From Candidatus Margulisiibacteriota bacterium (lineage in GTDB: Bacteria > Margulisbacteria > WOR-1 > O2-12-FULL-45-9), in the NCBI GenBank assembly GCA_043816785.1, contig JBDRHP010000020.1, positions 1 to 64,000 on the forward strand: DNA of 64,000 nt. The letters are read 5' to 3'. A program made the position numbers and the translations under genes. Numbering within the stretch: position 1 is the stretch's first letter; each line of letters starts with the position of its first letter. Shown here piece after piece: positions 9,155 to 18,949 of this stretch. Under the pieces are notes generated by a model that had not been told where the DNA came from, searched no databases, and saw nothing but the letters and a program-made list of their open reading frames with translations.

Positions 9155-10219
9155 CTAAGAGGTTAAGCGAGTGCCTTTTTTTACGACTGAGCCATCGGCC
9201 AAAACCACGCCGCGCTCGATCACCACATTATCTTCGATCAGGCACTTGTTGCCTAAAATACAATCAGATAAGTGTACGTGATCGCCGATTTTTGTGTCTT
9301 GCCAAACAATCGCCCGCTCCAGCCGGCAGTGGGCGCCAACAGAAACATTGTTTCCCAGAACAACGTAATCTCCTATTTCAGTTCCGTTACCCAGCTTGAC
9401 CTTCTCGCCGACCACTGAGGCGCCAGCAAAGCGCACGCTGGCATCAGGGTGCGTGTCCTTGCCCAACCAAAATTTGCCGTTAATTCTTGTGCCGATAATT
9501 TTGACCGCTACCTCGCCGCGCAAAATAGCCTGGTGAGCCTCAATGTACTTTTGCGGATTACCAATATCGATCCAATAAGCCTGCGAGGGATATCCAAAAA
9601 TTGGCGCACCTTGTTCCAACAAGGTCGGATAAAGTTCTCTTTCAAAAGAATATGGCTTGCCAACTGGCGCGAGCTTGAATATCTTTGGGTCAACAACATA
9701 TATCCCGGCGTTGATCGTTTTGGCCGTAACCATGCTCCAACTTGGCTTCTCCAGAAATTGAGTCACTCGACCGTTTTTATCAGTCAGGACCAGGCCAAAA
9801 GGTGTTGGATCCTCCACCTCTGTCAAAGTTAAAGTAACTGTGGCGCCCTTTTCCCGATGAAAACTAACAACTTTAGAGATATTAATGTCGGTCAGGACGT
9901 CCCCGTTAAAAACAACCATTGGACCCTCGTCAAAGAACTGCTCCGCGTTCTTGACCGCACCCGCCGTGCCCAAAGGGTGCTCCTCAATAGAATAATGGAT
10001 CTTTATCCCCCATTGTTTGCCATCATCCAGGATCTTTTTGATTTCATGAGAAAGATAGTGGAGGTTAAGGATGACTTCATCAACGCCATGCTTGACCAGA
10101 TGCTCGATCTGATGCACCACAAAAGGCCGGTTAACAACCGGCACAATTGGTTTAGGGGTATTATAAGTCAGCGGCCGGAGCCGGGTGCCTAGACCGCCAG
10201 CAATGATGACCGCCTTCAC
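9155..10219 (-). CDS. NDP-sugar pyrophosphorylase (mannose-1-phosphate guanylyltransferase type)
   Basis: AGGLGTRLRPLT..PKP, PLGTAG and EKP motifs; C-terminal hexapeptide repeats. Confidence 0.9.
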   Translation of the reverse strand: MKAVIIAGGLGTRLRPLTYNTPKPIVPVVNRPFVVHQIEHLVKHGVDEVILNLHYLSHEIKKILDDGKQWGIKIHYSIEEHPLGTAGAVKNAEQFFDEGPMVVFNGDVLTDINISKVVSFHREKGATVTLTLTEVEDPTPFGLVLTDKNGRVTQFLEKPSWSMVTAKTINAGIYVVDPKIFKLAPVGKPYSFERELYPTLLEQGAPIFGYPSQAYWIDIGNPQKYIEAHQAILRGEVAVKIIGTRINGKFWLGKDTHPDASVRFAGASVVGEKVKLGNGTEIGDYVVLGNNVSVGAHCRLERAIVWQDTKIGDHVHLSDCILGNKCLIEDNVVIERGVVLADGSVVKKGTRLTS

Positions 10220-11256
10220 CGGTTCAGTTCCTTTTTCAGTCGGCCAATAACTTCCACTGGTGTGGGGTCAATGCCTTTCAATATCGCCAGGTAAACGCTG
10301 AGCAGATCGCCAAAATAGATCAGCGATAGGATCCGTGCCAGGGCTGACTTGCCTTGCGCGACTATTTCACTGGCGCCGCCCATTTGCCCGCCGATCAATG
10401 ACTTGGTGATCTCAATTCTCTTTTTCACCCGCTCTGAATCAGCTTCGCTGCGCAAAAATATTAAAGCGAACTCGTGTTTGCCCCGTTCCGCAGCGGCCAA
10501 GTTGACAATTTCATTGTGGTTTAATTCGGGAAAAATATTAAATAGCGCCGTTGTTTTGCTGTTCTCATTCAGCTGGGTCTTAAGCCTTAAGCCGGCAGCT
10601 CCACTTGTTCCCTTAACACCAAGGATCACCGGTATTTTACCAACCAGTTTGGTCGCCAGCTGTTCAATCGGGTTGATCCGGTCTTGCCCGGGTTGCCCAT
10701 ATTCCCCTCTCAACTTCTTAAGTAGCTCTGCAGCCGTTTCAATTTGCTGGCGGCTAGCTGAAGGGAAGCCAAGCAGCTCCAGGCTGGCTAAAACCGGGAC
10801 CAACAAGTACGGCAGCGCCGCCCGTGGCTGATAACCAGTCGGGATCAAATAAAGCGGGTAACCCTTGCTTTCAGCCAGCTCTTTGAGTTTTCCTCCAGAG
10901 GTCACACAAATGATCTTTGCGTTGAGCTCGCTGGCTTGCTTAACAGCGGCCAACGTTTCCTCAGTGTTGCCGGAATATGAAAGCACAAAAACCAGTGTTT
11001 CATTACTGACAAAAGCCGGCAGTTTATAGCCGCGATTAACAAAAACCGGCTGCTGAGCTTTGTCCCAGATCAAGTCGGAAATGATGTTGCCGGCGATCGC
11101 TGAACCACCCATGCCCACCAACACGATCTGCTTGACTTTTTTGCTTTTTTTCAAAGAACCAGTCGGGGCGAGCGTTAAAGCATCAAGCAACATCTCGGGT
11201 GTGTTCGCAACTGTCTCGAGCATGCCTTGTTTGTCAATCTCAGCGATATTTTCCAT
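10216..11256 (-). CDS. Bifunctional phosphoglucose/phosphomannose isomerase
   Basis: GMGGSAIAG, SYSGNTEET, QPRAA, NENSK and PELNHNEI motifs. Confidence 0.92.
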   Translation of the reverse strand: MENIAEIDKQGMLETVANTPEMLLDALTLAPTGSLKKSKKVKQIVLVGMGGSAIAGNIISDLIWDKAQQPVFVNRGYKLPAFVSNETLVFVLSYSGNTEETLAAVKQASELNAKIICVTSGGKLKELAESKGYPLYLIPTGYQPRAALPYLLVPVLASLELLGFPSASRQQIETAAELLKKLRGEYGQPGQDRINPIEQLATKLVGKIPVILGVKGTSGAAGLRLKTQLNENSKTTALFNIFPELNHNEIVNLAAAERGKHEFALIFLRSEADSERVKKRIEITKSLIGGQMGGASEIVAQGKSALARILSLIYFGDLLSVYLAILKGIDPTPVEVIGRLKKELNR

Positions 11257-11257
11257 A

Positions 11258-12469
11258 TTACCCGTTGGCCGTAGCCCTGATCATCGACCTGATAATCTCT
11301 AACGCTTTCTGAAGCTGGATATCCTCCCCCTCTGCTTCATCCGGCAGCAGTGGTTCGGGCTCGGTTTCGCCATTCGCGCTCGCTTCTTCGGTAGGGACCA
11401 AAACTTCAATATCAGGCTGAATCCCTTTCTTGTTAATGTCCTCGCCGCTTGGGGTAAGATACTTGGCAATGGTAACTAATAAGGCTGAACCGTCGTTTAA
11501 GCGTCTTACATTCTGCACCGAAGCCTTGCCAAAAGAGTGTACGCCTACCAGCGTTGCCACTTTATTGTCGCGCAGCGCTCCGGCCAGGATCTCAGACGCC
11601 GAGGCCGAGGCCTCGTTTATCAGCACCACTGTTGGCTTTCGCCAGAGCACTCGACCGCTTGACTCGAGCTGCTCTTTACGGCCTTCGCGGTCAACTGTTT
11701 GGACGATCACTCCGCGGTCAATAAACATGCTGCCAATATCAATGGCGCTTTGCAGTAAGCCGCCGCCATTCCCTCGCAGGTCAATGATCAGCCCCTTGGC
11801 TGTTCTGGCCTGGCGCAGGGCTTTTTCAAATTCTTGCGCTGAGGCCAGGTTTTCAAAAGTATTCAGCTTAATATAGGCAATGTCTTTCTGCATGATCTTG
11901 CTGTTGACGCTTTTGATCTTGATATTTTCGCGCACGATCTCATAATCTTTGGGTTCCTTCCAGCCTTTACGCTGAATGCCCAATTTAACCTTGGTTCCCC
12001 GCGGCCCCCGGATCAAGCTGACTGCCTCCTCAAGCGCCATATCTTTAGTGGGTTTTTCATCAACGGTTACGATCTTATCGCCAGCCTTAAGCTTTGCCTT
12101 GTCGGCCGGCGTCCCATCTATTGGAGAAATAACGGTCAACAGTTTTTCTTTAATCCCGATATAAATGCCGATCCCAGAATAGCTGCCGCTCATCCTGATC
12201 TTCATTTCCTTATAGGACTTGGGCTCAACAAAACGGGTATAGGGATCATCAAGCGCCGAGAGCAATCCCCGGATCGAGCCGTAAACCAGTTTTTGGTCGT
12301 CGACATCCTTTTCCACAAAATCATGCTTAACAATGTCTAAGACCTGAAGGTAGGTTTCCAGCTTCCTTTCCAGGTCGCCCTGAGCCAGCACTTGTCCGAA
12401 GATGGAAACCCCGATTACCAAAATCACAGATCCCAATAACATATTTCTAATCGTCCTCAAATTAAACAT
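11258..12469 (-). CDS. ctpA: S41 carboxy-terminal processing protease
   Basis: LDDPYT, PDZ GIGI, DLRGNGGG, SASASEILAGAL and FGKASVQ motifs. Confidence 0.92.
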   Translation of the reverse strand: MFNLRTIRNMLLGSVILVIGVSIFGQVLAQGDLERKLETYLQVLDIVKHDFVEKDVDDQKLVYGSIRGLLSALDDPYTRFVEPKSYKEMKIRMSGSYSGIGIYIGIKEKLLTVISPIDGTPADKAKLKAGDKIVTVDEKPTKDMALEEAVSLIRGPRGTKVKLGIQRKGWKEPKDYEIVRENIKIKSVNSKIMQKDIAYIKLNTFENLASAQEFEKALRQARTAKGLIIDLRGNGGGLLQSAIDIGSMFIDRGVIVQTVDREGRKEQLESSGRVLWRKPTVVLINEASASASEILAGALRDNKVATLVGVHSFGKASVQNVRRLNDGSALLVTIAKYLTPSGEDINKKGIQPDIEVLVPTEEASANGETEPEPLLPDEAEGEDIQLQKALEIIRSMIRATANG

Positions 12470-12482
12470 TTTTTCCTCCTTA

Positions 12483-13598
12483 TTAATTCAAAAATTCCAT
12501 CGGGTTGACCGGCTTGCCGTTCTTCCTCACCTCAAAGTGCAGGTGGGGACCGGTCGAATAGCCGGTACTGCCAACCAGGCCAATGGTTTGCCCCTTGGCC
12601 ACTATCGCGCCGACTCCCTTATAAATTCTTGACAAATGCCCGTATACAGTTGTGGTGAGGCGGCCATGATCGATAACAATCGCCTTACCGTAGCCGTCCC
12701 ACCAGCCGGAAAAGATCACCTCGCCGGAATCAGCCGCCTTGACCGTTGCCCCATGCTTGCCGGCGATATCAATGCCGCGATGCATATGCTTGCCGCCCCA
12801 CAGCGGATGGCGGCGATAGCCAAACGGCGATGTAATCCTGCCACGCAAGGGCCAGGCAATAGCTCCGCTGCCCCGAACCTTGGCTCCCTTACGGGCAGCC
12901 ATTTGCTTTAAAATCAGGACCTCGAGCTCCTTGGAGCTTTTCTCCAGCTCAGCAACGTGGGCTTCGTACTCTTTGCGCCGTTGCTGCAAAGATTTATAGA
13001 TCTTGTTCTTCTCAGCCGCCTGTTCCGCGATCGCGTCCTTTTTCACGCTGATCGCTTTGGCCAGAGAGCGGATCTCACTGGTTTTCGTCTGCAGCGAGGC
13101 CCGTTTCTGTTTTGCCTTTCGAACGTCGGCCCGCACCGACTGGACCAGCTCTGCATCATAATTTATTATCTGGCGAAAAAAATAGAGCCGGTTGAAGAAA
13201 TCTGACATCGAGCCCGAGGTAAAAAGCATCTGAAGGTAATTGACGCCGCTGCTCTTAAAAACCTCATTAACGCGCCGGGAAAGTTTCTTCTCTCGCTGTG
13301 TCAGGTCTTCCTTTGTTTCGCTCAGCTCAGCGGTCAGCGTGCCGATCTCCGACTCGTTCACATTGATCTTTTTTTGCGCCTGATAAAGATTGCCTTGGGT
13401 TCTTTTAAGCTCCTTGGTGATAACCACCAGTCGTCCCAGAACAGCCTGTTCTTCCTTCTTGGTTTTTTCAAGCTTTATTATACTTGTTTGCAGTTCCTTA
13501 TTGATCTGCTCAAGCTTCTGCTCCTCAGAGAGATCCTGAGCTGAGTCTGCAGCTGAGTAAATAAGTATCAGCAGGAGAAAAGCGGCAAAAATCCTCAT
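12483..13598 (-). CDS. Coiled-coil plus M23 peptidase (EnvC-like murein hydrolase/activator)
   Basis: Signal peptide, long coiled coil, HRGIDI, YGHL and STGPHLHFEVR. Confidence 0.9.
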   Translation of the reverse strand: MRIFAAFLLLILIYSAADSAQDLSEEQKLEQINKELQTSIIKLEKTKKEEQAVLGRLVVITKELKRTQGNLYQAQKKINVNESEIGTLTAELSETKEDLTQREKKLSRRVNEVFKSSGVNYLQMLFTSGSMSDFFNRLYFFRQIINYDAELVQSVRADVRKAKQKRASLQTKTSEIRSLAKAISVKKDAIAEQAAEKNKIYKSLQQRRKEYEAHVAELEKSSKELEVLILKQMAARKGAKVRGSGAIAWPLRGRITSPFGYRRHPLWGGKHMHRGIDIAGKHGATVKAADSGEVIFSGWWDGYGKAIVIDHGRLTTTVYGHLSRIYKGVGAIVAKGQTIGLVGSTGYSTGPHLHFEVRKNGKPVNPMEFLN

Positions 13599-13621
13599 GG
13601 GAATTAAATAATATCATACTC

Positions 13622-14887
13622 TCAACTGGCAAACAAGGATTTGGATCGCTTCTGACGGTGGTAGGTTACAGCAAAGCGGTGGGCTTCATCGCGGATCCGC
13701 TGCAACAGCTTCAGCGCCATCGAGTTTTTTGCTAAAACCAGCGGTTTGTTGCTTTGGGGAAAATATATTTCCTCCTGCCGCTTGGCTAAACCAATGATTG
13801 GCAAGCATTTTTGCTTGGCCGACACCAGCGCCCGAAGGCCTGAGTTAACCTGGGCAATCCCACCATCAACCAGGATAAGATCTGGCAACGGCAATTTGTC
13901 AGCCAACATGCCGCTATAGCGCCGTTTGACAACTTCGTAGATCGCGGCCACATCATTAGCCTTCATTCCCAGGCTTCTGATCTTGAATTTGCGGTAATCG
14001 TTTTTTAACGGCAACCCACCATAAAAAGCGACCATGGAAGCAACAACATTTGTCCCCTGGATATTGGAAATATCAAAAGCCTCGATGCGCATTGGCGCAT
14101 CCGTTAGCCTTAGTCGCGCCTTAAGCTCCTCTATCTCCGCCAGCCGACGGGGCGCCGGCGCCCTGCCTAATTCTTTGCCCTCTAACATCTTCTCCAACAC
14201 TTTAAGCCTGTCGCGCAGATAGGCCGCTCGCTCAAAATCCTGCTCCTGGGCGGCTTTCTCCATTTGCTGCCGCAGCTTGTGCAGCGCCGTGTCCATTTTT
14301 CCTTCCAGCAAGGGGATGATCGCCTGAGCCAGGGCCAGATAATCAGCCTGGCTTATCTTGTCAATGCAGGGCCCGGAGCAGCTGCCAATGCGGTAATAAA
14401 GGCAGGGTTGTTCGCGCGTTTTGAGCGGCGACTCCTTGCACCAGCGGATGGGAAATAGCTTCTTGGCCAGGCGGACCACTTCGCGCACCATGCCGCCTTG
14501 AAAGCGGCCAAAATATAGCGCCCCATCTTTTTCTTTTCGCCGAACCAAAAAGAGCCTGGGCCACTTCTCATTCAAGGTTAATTTCAAATAAGGGTAGGTT
14601 TTGTCATCACGCAAAGCAACATTATAACGTGGTTTGTATTTTTTGATCAGCTCGTCTTCAAGAATGAGCGCGTCCATCTCTGAGCCGGCAAGAATGTAAT
14701 CAATATCGCTTAGCCGTTCCAACAAAATGGTGGTCTTTATTTCCTGGGGGCGATTGAAATAGGAAGCCACACGCTTACGCAGGGACTTAGCTTTCCCCAC
14801 ATAAAGGATGACGCCGTGCTTGTCTTTGAAGAGGTAAACCCCGGGTTTCGCGGGCAAGGATTTTAGCTTATCCTTGAGGGAGGACAT
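13622..14887 (-). CDS. uvrC: Excinuclease ABC subunit C, short form
   Basis: PGVYLF..YVGKAKSLRKRV, FERAAYLRD, RIEAFDISN, DLILVDGG and RDEAHRFA motifs. Confidence 0.93.
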   Translation of the reverse strand: MSSLKDKLKSLPAKPGVYLFKDKHGVILYVGKAKSLRKRVASYFNRPQEIKTTILLERLSDIDYILAGSEMDALILEDELIKKYKPRYNVALRDDKTYPYLKLTLNEKWPRLFLVRRKEKDGALYFGRFQGGMVREVVRLAKKLFPIRWCKESPLKTREQPCLYYRIGSCSGPCIDKISQADYLALAQAIIPLLEGKMDTALHKLRQQMEKAAQEQDFERAAYLRDRLKVLEKMLEGKELGRAPAPRRLAEIEELKARLRLTDAPMRIEAFDISNIQGTNVVASMVAFYGGLPLKNDYRKFKIRSLGMKANDVAAIYEVVKRRYSGMLADKLPLPDLILVDGGIAQVNSGLRALVSAKQKCLPIIGLAKRQEEIYFPQSNKPLVLAKNSMALKLLQRIRDEAHRFAVTYHRQKRSKSLFAS

Positions 14888-14889
14888 GT

Positions 14890-15336
14890 TTATTTAGATA
14901 CGAGTTTAACTTTTAGCTTGGCTGTGATGTCCTGGAATAGTTTGATGGACACACTGTAATCGCCAATTGCTTTAAGCGGTTCGCTCAACTCAATTTTTTT
15001 CTTATCAATTTCAATCCCGGCTACCTTGGTTACTTCGGTAGCGATATCCTGAGAAGTGACAGAGCCAAAAAGTTTGCCGCCTTCGCCAGCATCAACCCCG
15101 ATCGTCAGTTCTAGCGAAGAAAGTTTATTGGCCAGCTCTTCCTGCTCTGCTTTTCTGGCGGCTGATTTTTTTTCTCTCTCAACTCGTCGCGTTTCCCAAG
15201 CCGCGACAGCCACCGGCGTTGCTGGGCCAGCCAACTTCCTGGGAAAAAGAAAGTTTCTGGCATATCCCTCAGAAACTTCGATCAGACTGTCTTCGTCACC
15301 CACACTAGGTACTGCTTTCTTAAGAATGATTTTCAT
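14890..15336 (-). CDS. rplI: 50S ribosomal protein L9
   Basis: VSEGYARNFLFP and GKLFGSVT motifs. Confidence 0.97.
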   Translation of the reverse strand: MKIILKKAVPSVGDEDSLIEVSEGYARNFLFPRKLAGPATPVAVAAWETRRVEREKKSAARKAEQEELANKLSSLELTIGVDAGEGGKLFGSVTSQDIATEVTKVAGIEIDKKKIELSEPLKAIGDYSVSIKLFQDITAKLKVKLVSK

Positions 15337-15337
15337 T

Positions 15338-15589
15338 TTAGTCCACCGAGAACGGGACCAGACCTATCTGGCGGGCCCGCTTAACAACCTTGGCAACCAT
15401 CCGCTGGTGCTGGGCGCAGCAACCAGTCATGCGACGCGGCGCAATCTTACCGCGATCTGTCATAAAACGCTGAACATATGACACATCCTTGTAATCAAGG
15501 GTTTTTTGATCAGCGCAAAAAATACATTTCCTTTTTTTTCTTCGTTTGAACTGCGAGCCTGGTTTTGGTTTTCTTCTTTCTCTACCCAT
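15338..15589 (-). CDS. rpsR: 30S ribosomal protein S18 (Zn-ribbon type)
   Basis: CIFC, DYKD and GKIAPRRMTGCCAQHQR motifs. Confidence 0.97.
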   Translation of the reverse strand: MGRERRKPKPGSQFKRRKKRKCIFCADQKTLDYKDVSYVQRFMTDRGKIAPRRMTGCCAQHQRMVAKVVKRARQIGLVPFSVD

Positions 15590-15606
15590 TAATCTACCTC
15601 CGATAT

Positions 15607-16017
15607 TTAAAAGGGGATTTCGCTCTCCCCTTCGTCCGATCCTAATCCTTCTCCTCTTCCTTTTCCTTCCTGTGGGGGAGCCGCTGCATCTTTTCTCCCC
15701 AGCATCTGCATGTTATCAGCGACCACTTCAGTCATAGTTCGCATTTGTCCGTCCTTGCCTTGAAACTCTCTGATCTGCAATCGTCCTTCAATTGCCACTG
15801 GCCGGCCCTTTTTCAAGTATTCCCCGCAGATCTCGGCCAGCCTGCGCCAGGCAACGATATTGATAAAGTCAACTTCCTGGTTTCTTTCTCCGCTATCGTT
15901 CTTTTTGCCGATCCTGTTGACCGCGACAGCAAAGCGGGCAACTGGTATCCCGGAAGTCGTGTAGCGGAGTTCCGGGTCGCGTGTTAAATTTCCAATTAAA
16001 AATGCTTTGTTATACAT
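15607..16017 (-). CDS. ssb: Single-stranded DNA-binding protein (second gene of the pair)
   Basis: NKAFLIGNLTRDPELRYT, IEGRLQIR and acidic tail ESEIPF. Confidence 0.95.
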   Translation of the reverse strand: MYNKAFLIGNLTRDPELRYTTSGIPVARFAVAVNRIGKKNDSGERNQEVDFINIVAWRRLAEICGEYLKKGRPVAIEGRLQIREFQGKDGQMRTMTEVVADNMQMLGRKDAAAPPQEGKGRGEGLGSDEGESEIPF

Positions 16018-16022
16018 ATATA

Positions 16023-16421
16023 TTAAAAGGGCAAATCACTAACTAGATCAACGTCGTCAACAACCTCATCCGGGGTTACTGGCGCTCCAGTCTCGATTTT
16101 TAGCTCTTTACTGTTTGATTTCTCAAGTGGCGTCACATTTCTGGCCACTACTTCAGTTACCCAGCGGCGCTGGCCAGCTTGATCTTCAAAAGAGCGGATC
16201 TGGATCCTGCCCTCAACCAAAGCCAAGCTGTCCTTTTTTAAGTTAGCGGCACAGGTCTCTGCAACCTGGCGCCAGGCAACAATATCAATAAAATCTGTGC
16301 CATTCTGTGGCCTGTTGACTGCCAGCCGGAACTTAGCCATGGGCAGCCCATCCATTGTCGAACGCTGCTCTGGATCAGTAACCAGCCGCCCGACTAAAAT
16401 TATGCGATTAAGATTCGCCAC
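16023..16421 (-). CDS. ssb: Single-stranded DNA-binding protein (first gene of the pair)
   Basis: GTG start at 16421 after AGGAG; LNRIILVGRLVTDPE, VEGRIQIRSF and tail DLVSDLPF. Confidence 0.92.
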   Translation of the reverse strand: MANLNRIILVGRLVTDPEQRSTMDGLPMAKFRLAVNRPQNGTDFIDIVAWRQVAETCAANLKKDSLALVEGRIQIRSFEDQAGQRRWVTEVVARNVTPLEKSNSKELKIETGAPVTPDEVVDDVDLVSDLPF

Positions 16422-16815
16422 TGCCTTCTCCTGCGCTGACGTCCTTGATCTCTCCGACATTAACAACTTCTATCCCTGGCTCAGCCACCAGCGAGGTCCC
16501 CTCGATCTCTCCCTGGGGCTTTGCTTCAGCCAGAATAAGCGAATGTCGCACAATTTCCTCGGTGATTTTTAGAAAACTCTGAACTTTGCCCGGCACCGAC
16601 GGCTCAGCTTTAAAATAAATCAGCACATAATAAGCTGATTTTAGCTTTCTGGCCTTGAGGATCATGGAAGCCAGCCTCTTGGTTCCCCACTTCTCGGTCT
16701 TCCCCAGCTCTGCCCCAAAGCTTTTAATTTTATCCTCAACCTTTGCCACAATCGCGCCAATACCCTCTTCGCCCAGATTTGGGTCAAAGAGCATCACTAA
16801 TTCGTACAACTTCAA
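16408..16815 (-). CDS. rpsF: 30S ribosomal protein S6
   Basis: YELVMLFDP and WGTKRLA motifs; first gene of the rpsF-ssb-rpsR-rplI operon. Confidence 0.93.
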   Translation of the reverse strand: MKLYELVMLFDPNLGEEGIGAIVAKVEDKIKSFGAELGKTEKWGTKRLASMILKARKLKSAYYVLIYFKAEPSVPGKVQSFLKITEEIVRHSLILAEAKPQGEIEGTSLVAEPGIEVVNVGEIKDVSAGEGSGES

Positions 16816-16868
16816 TACAAAAACCTCCTTGGGTCAAGTTTCCGAAGCGTTTACGACGCAGTTAGATA

Positions 16869-17954
16869 TTATACCACAAATTTTACGAGAATCAAATCTC
16901 CGTCCTGAATAGCGTAATTCTTGCCCTCGGTGTGCAGATCGCCCTTTTCTCTGCACCCGGCATAGGAACCACAGCTGACCAGATCCTGATAATGAACAAC
17001 TTCCGCGGCTATAAAGCCTTGTTCCATGTCAGAGTGGATTTTACCGGCGGCCTGCGGAACCTTGGTTCCCTGCGCAACCGTCCAGGCCCGGGTTTCTTTT
17101 TGATTAGCGGTAAAAATGGTAATCAAGTTTAAGAGTTCATAGGCAGTGCGAATTAAGCGGCTAAGCCCAGCTTCAGTTAGCCCCATTTCTTTTAGAAAAG
17201 CTTGTGCGTCTTCGGCCGCCAGTTCAGCGATCTCCGTCTCCAACTTGGCGCAAACTGAGACGACTTTGTCGCCGGTCGCTTGGGCCAGTTGTTTTATTTG
17301 CTCAACCTGCTCAAGATTGCCAGATTCATCAGTGTTGGCAACATAGAGCACGGGCTTAAGGGTCAACAGAGGCAGATCATTAAGATAATCTTTTTCATTA
17401 TCAACAAGCTTTACCTGGCGCGCGGGCTGCCCTTTTTCCAGCGCTGCCTTAAGCCTTTGCAGAACATCGGCTTGCTTGAGATGCTTTTTATCGCCCGCCT
17501 TAGCTTTATTCCTTGCTTCCTCAAGACGTTTTTCAACCAGCACCAAATCCGCCAAGCAGAGTTCCACGTTGATGGTTTCAATATCGCTGGTTGGGTTTAC
17601 CTGCCCGGAAACATGCGCTATCTCCTGGCTGGCAAAACACCGAACCACATGGGCCACGGCATCAACTTCGCGGATCTGGGCCAGGAACTGGTTGCCTAAA
17701 CCTTCGCCCTGGTGCGCCCCCTTTACCAGGCCGGCAATGTCATAAAATTCAATGACCGTGGGGATCGCTTTCTTTGAGCCCATGATCTTTTGCACTTGAA
17801 GAAGCCGTTCGTCAGGTACCGTTACAACGCCCACGTTAGGGTTAATTGTACAAAAAGGATAATTGGAAACCTCTGCCTTGGCTGTTGACAGTACATTGAA
17901 CAAGGTCGATTTACCAACGTTCGGCAGCCCAATGATCCCCAATGAAAAACCCAT
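16869..17954 (-). CDS. ychF: Ribosome-binding ATPase YchF
   Basis: GLPNVGKSTLFN, NYPFCTI and DIAGLVKGA..GEGLGNQFL motifs. Confidence 0.97.
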   Translation of the reverse strand: MGFSLGIIGLPNVGKSTLFNVLSTAKAEVSNYPFCTINPNVGVVTVPDERLLQVQKIMGSKKAIPTVIEFYDIAGLVKGAHQGEGLGNQFLAQIREVDAVAHVVRCFASQEIAHVSGQVNPTSDIETINVELCLADLVLVEKRLEEARNKAKAGDKKHLKQADVLQRLKAALEKGQPARQVKLVDNEKDYLNDLPLLTLKPVLYVANTDESGNLEQVEQIKQLAQATGDKVVSVCAKLETEIAELAAEDAQAFLKEMGLTEAGLSRLIRTAYELLNLITIFTANQKETRAWTVAQGTKVPQAAGKIHSDMEQGFIAAEVVHYQDLVSCGSYAGCREKGDLHTEGKNYAIQDGDLILVKFVV

Positions 17955-18022
17955 AATTGATTTGATTATATCACAAGGCGCGTGCTACAATCTGCTCACT
18001 CTATCTTAAGGGGGAAGAATAA

Positions 18023-18835
18023 ATGCGTTATTTAATGGTTATTTTGGTTGCACTCAGTTTGCTTTTTGGCTCCTTGGCTGTTCCTGTCCAGGCTCGTGGC
18101 AGGTTAACTCCGGCCCAAAAGAGCAAGATCGAGCAACGGGTAAAAAACCTCTCCCGGGCACAGCGTCAAGCCGCGGCCCAAGGCCTGAACGCCAAGCTCA
18201 AGAGACTTAGAGACAACATCAAAGCATCTCAGATCACTGCCCGCCGCCGTGCCCTGATCAATGCCGAGATCGAACGGATCGAAAATGAACTAGAGTTAAT
18301 TAACGCCGTGGGACAAGCTGCTCCCCCACCACCTCCTCCGCCCCCTCCTCCAATGATAAAGCAAATGCCACCTATGCCGCGGCCTACTCAAGGTCAGATG
18401 CTTCGCCAGCGCAGCCCGCAAGTTGGCGTTTCAGCAGGTTATCTGGCTGGTATTCCGGGAGCAGTGGCTGAAGTAAGGTTTCACGATCCTTTTGACATGG
18501 TCCGCACCAGTATTCGCTTCGGAGCTGGTTATGCTCAAGGGGATGACACTGCTGGAACTTTACGCAAACACGCACTGGTTATTGTTGACGGCATTTATCG
18601 CCTTAACCCTCCTCAGGCCGAGGGCCTCAGGTCCTACATTGGCCTTGGCTTAAATTACAACGTTTATACAACCGGCAGGGTCAGCGGCGCTGCTGGCTAT
18701 CAAGCCTTCTATGGAATTGAAGGCGGCCGGCCAGACGGCGGCCAGATGTTCTTTGAGGTTGGCTACGGCTCGATCCAAACCGGCTTTAGCCCGGACTACA
18801 CCGGTTTAACTGCTCAGGTCGGCTATAAATTCTAG
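18023..18835 (+). CDS. Secreted protein with coiled coil, poly-Pro linker and probable outer-membrane beta-barrel
   Basis: Signal peptide, run of 10 Pro, amphipathic strands ending VGYKF. Confidence 0.7.
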   Translation: MRYLMVILVALSLLFGSLAVPVQARGRLTPAQKSKIEQRVKNLSRAQRQAAAQGLNAKLKRLRDNIKASQITARRRALINAEIERIENELELINAVGQAAPPPPPPPPPPMIKQMPPMPRPTQGQMLRQRSPQVGVSAGYLAGIPGAVAEVRFHDPFDMVRTSIRFGAGYAQGDDTAGTLRKHALVIVDGIYRLNPPQAEGLRSYIGLGLNYNVYTTGRVSGAAGYQAFYGIEGGRPDGGQMFFEVGYGSIQTGFSPDYTGLTAQVGYKF

Positions 18836-18857
18836 TTTCCCTCGTCACATAAAGTGA

Positions 18858-18889
18858 AAAGCCGGGGCGCGAGTCCCGGCTTTCTCTTT
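18858..18889 (+). terminator. Rho-independent terminator
   Basis: aaagccggggc-gcga-gtcccggcttt followed by ctcttt. Confidence 0.8.
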
Positions 18890-18896
18890 ACCCATT

Positions 18897-18931
18897 GAAA
18901 TTTCTCCTAGATTTGTCCGAATAATAATTAG
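18897..18931 (+). promoter_or_regulatory. Sigma-28-like promoter motif, copy 2
   Basis: GAAA-tttctcctagatttgtc(17)-CGAATAATAATTAG. Confidence 0.65.
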
Positions 18932-18949
18932 CCCTTTGCAGGAGAAATT

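Noticed and set aside
16816..16868. S6:S18 ribosomal leader RNA upstream of rpsF
   Set aside because: A CCC lies next to the SD, but I could not build a convincing stem by eye. It needs a covariance-model search.
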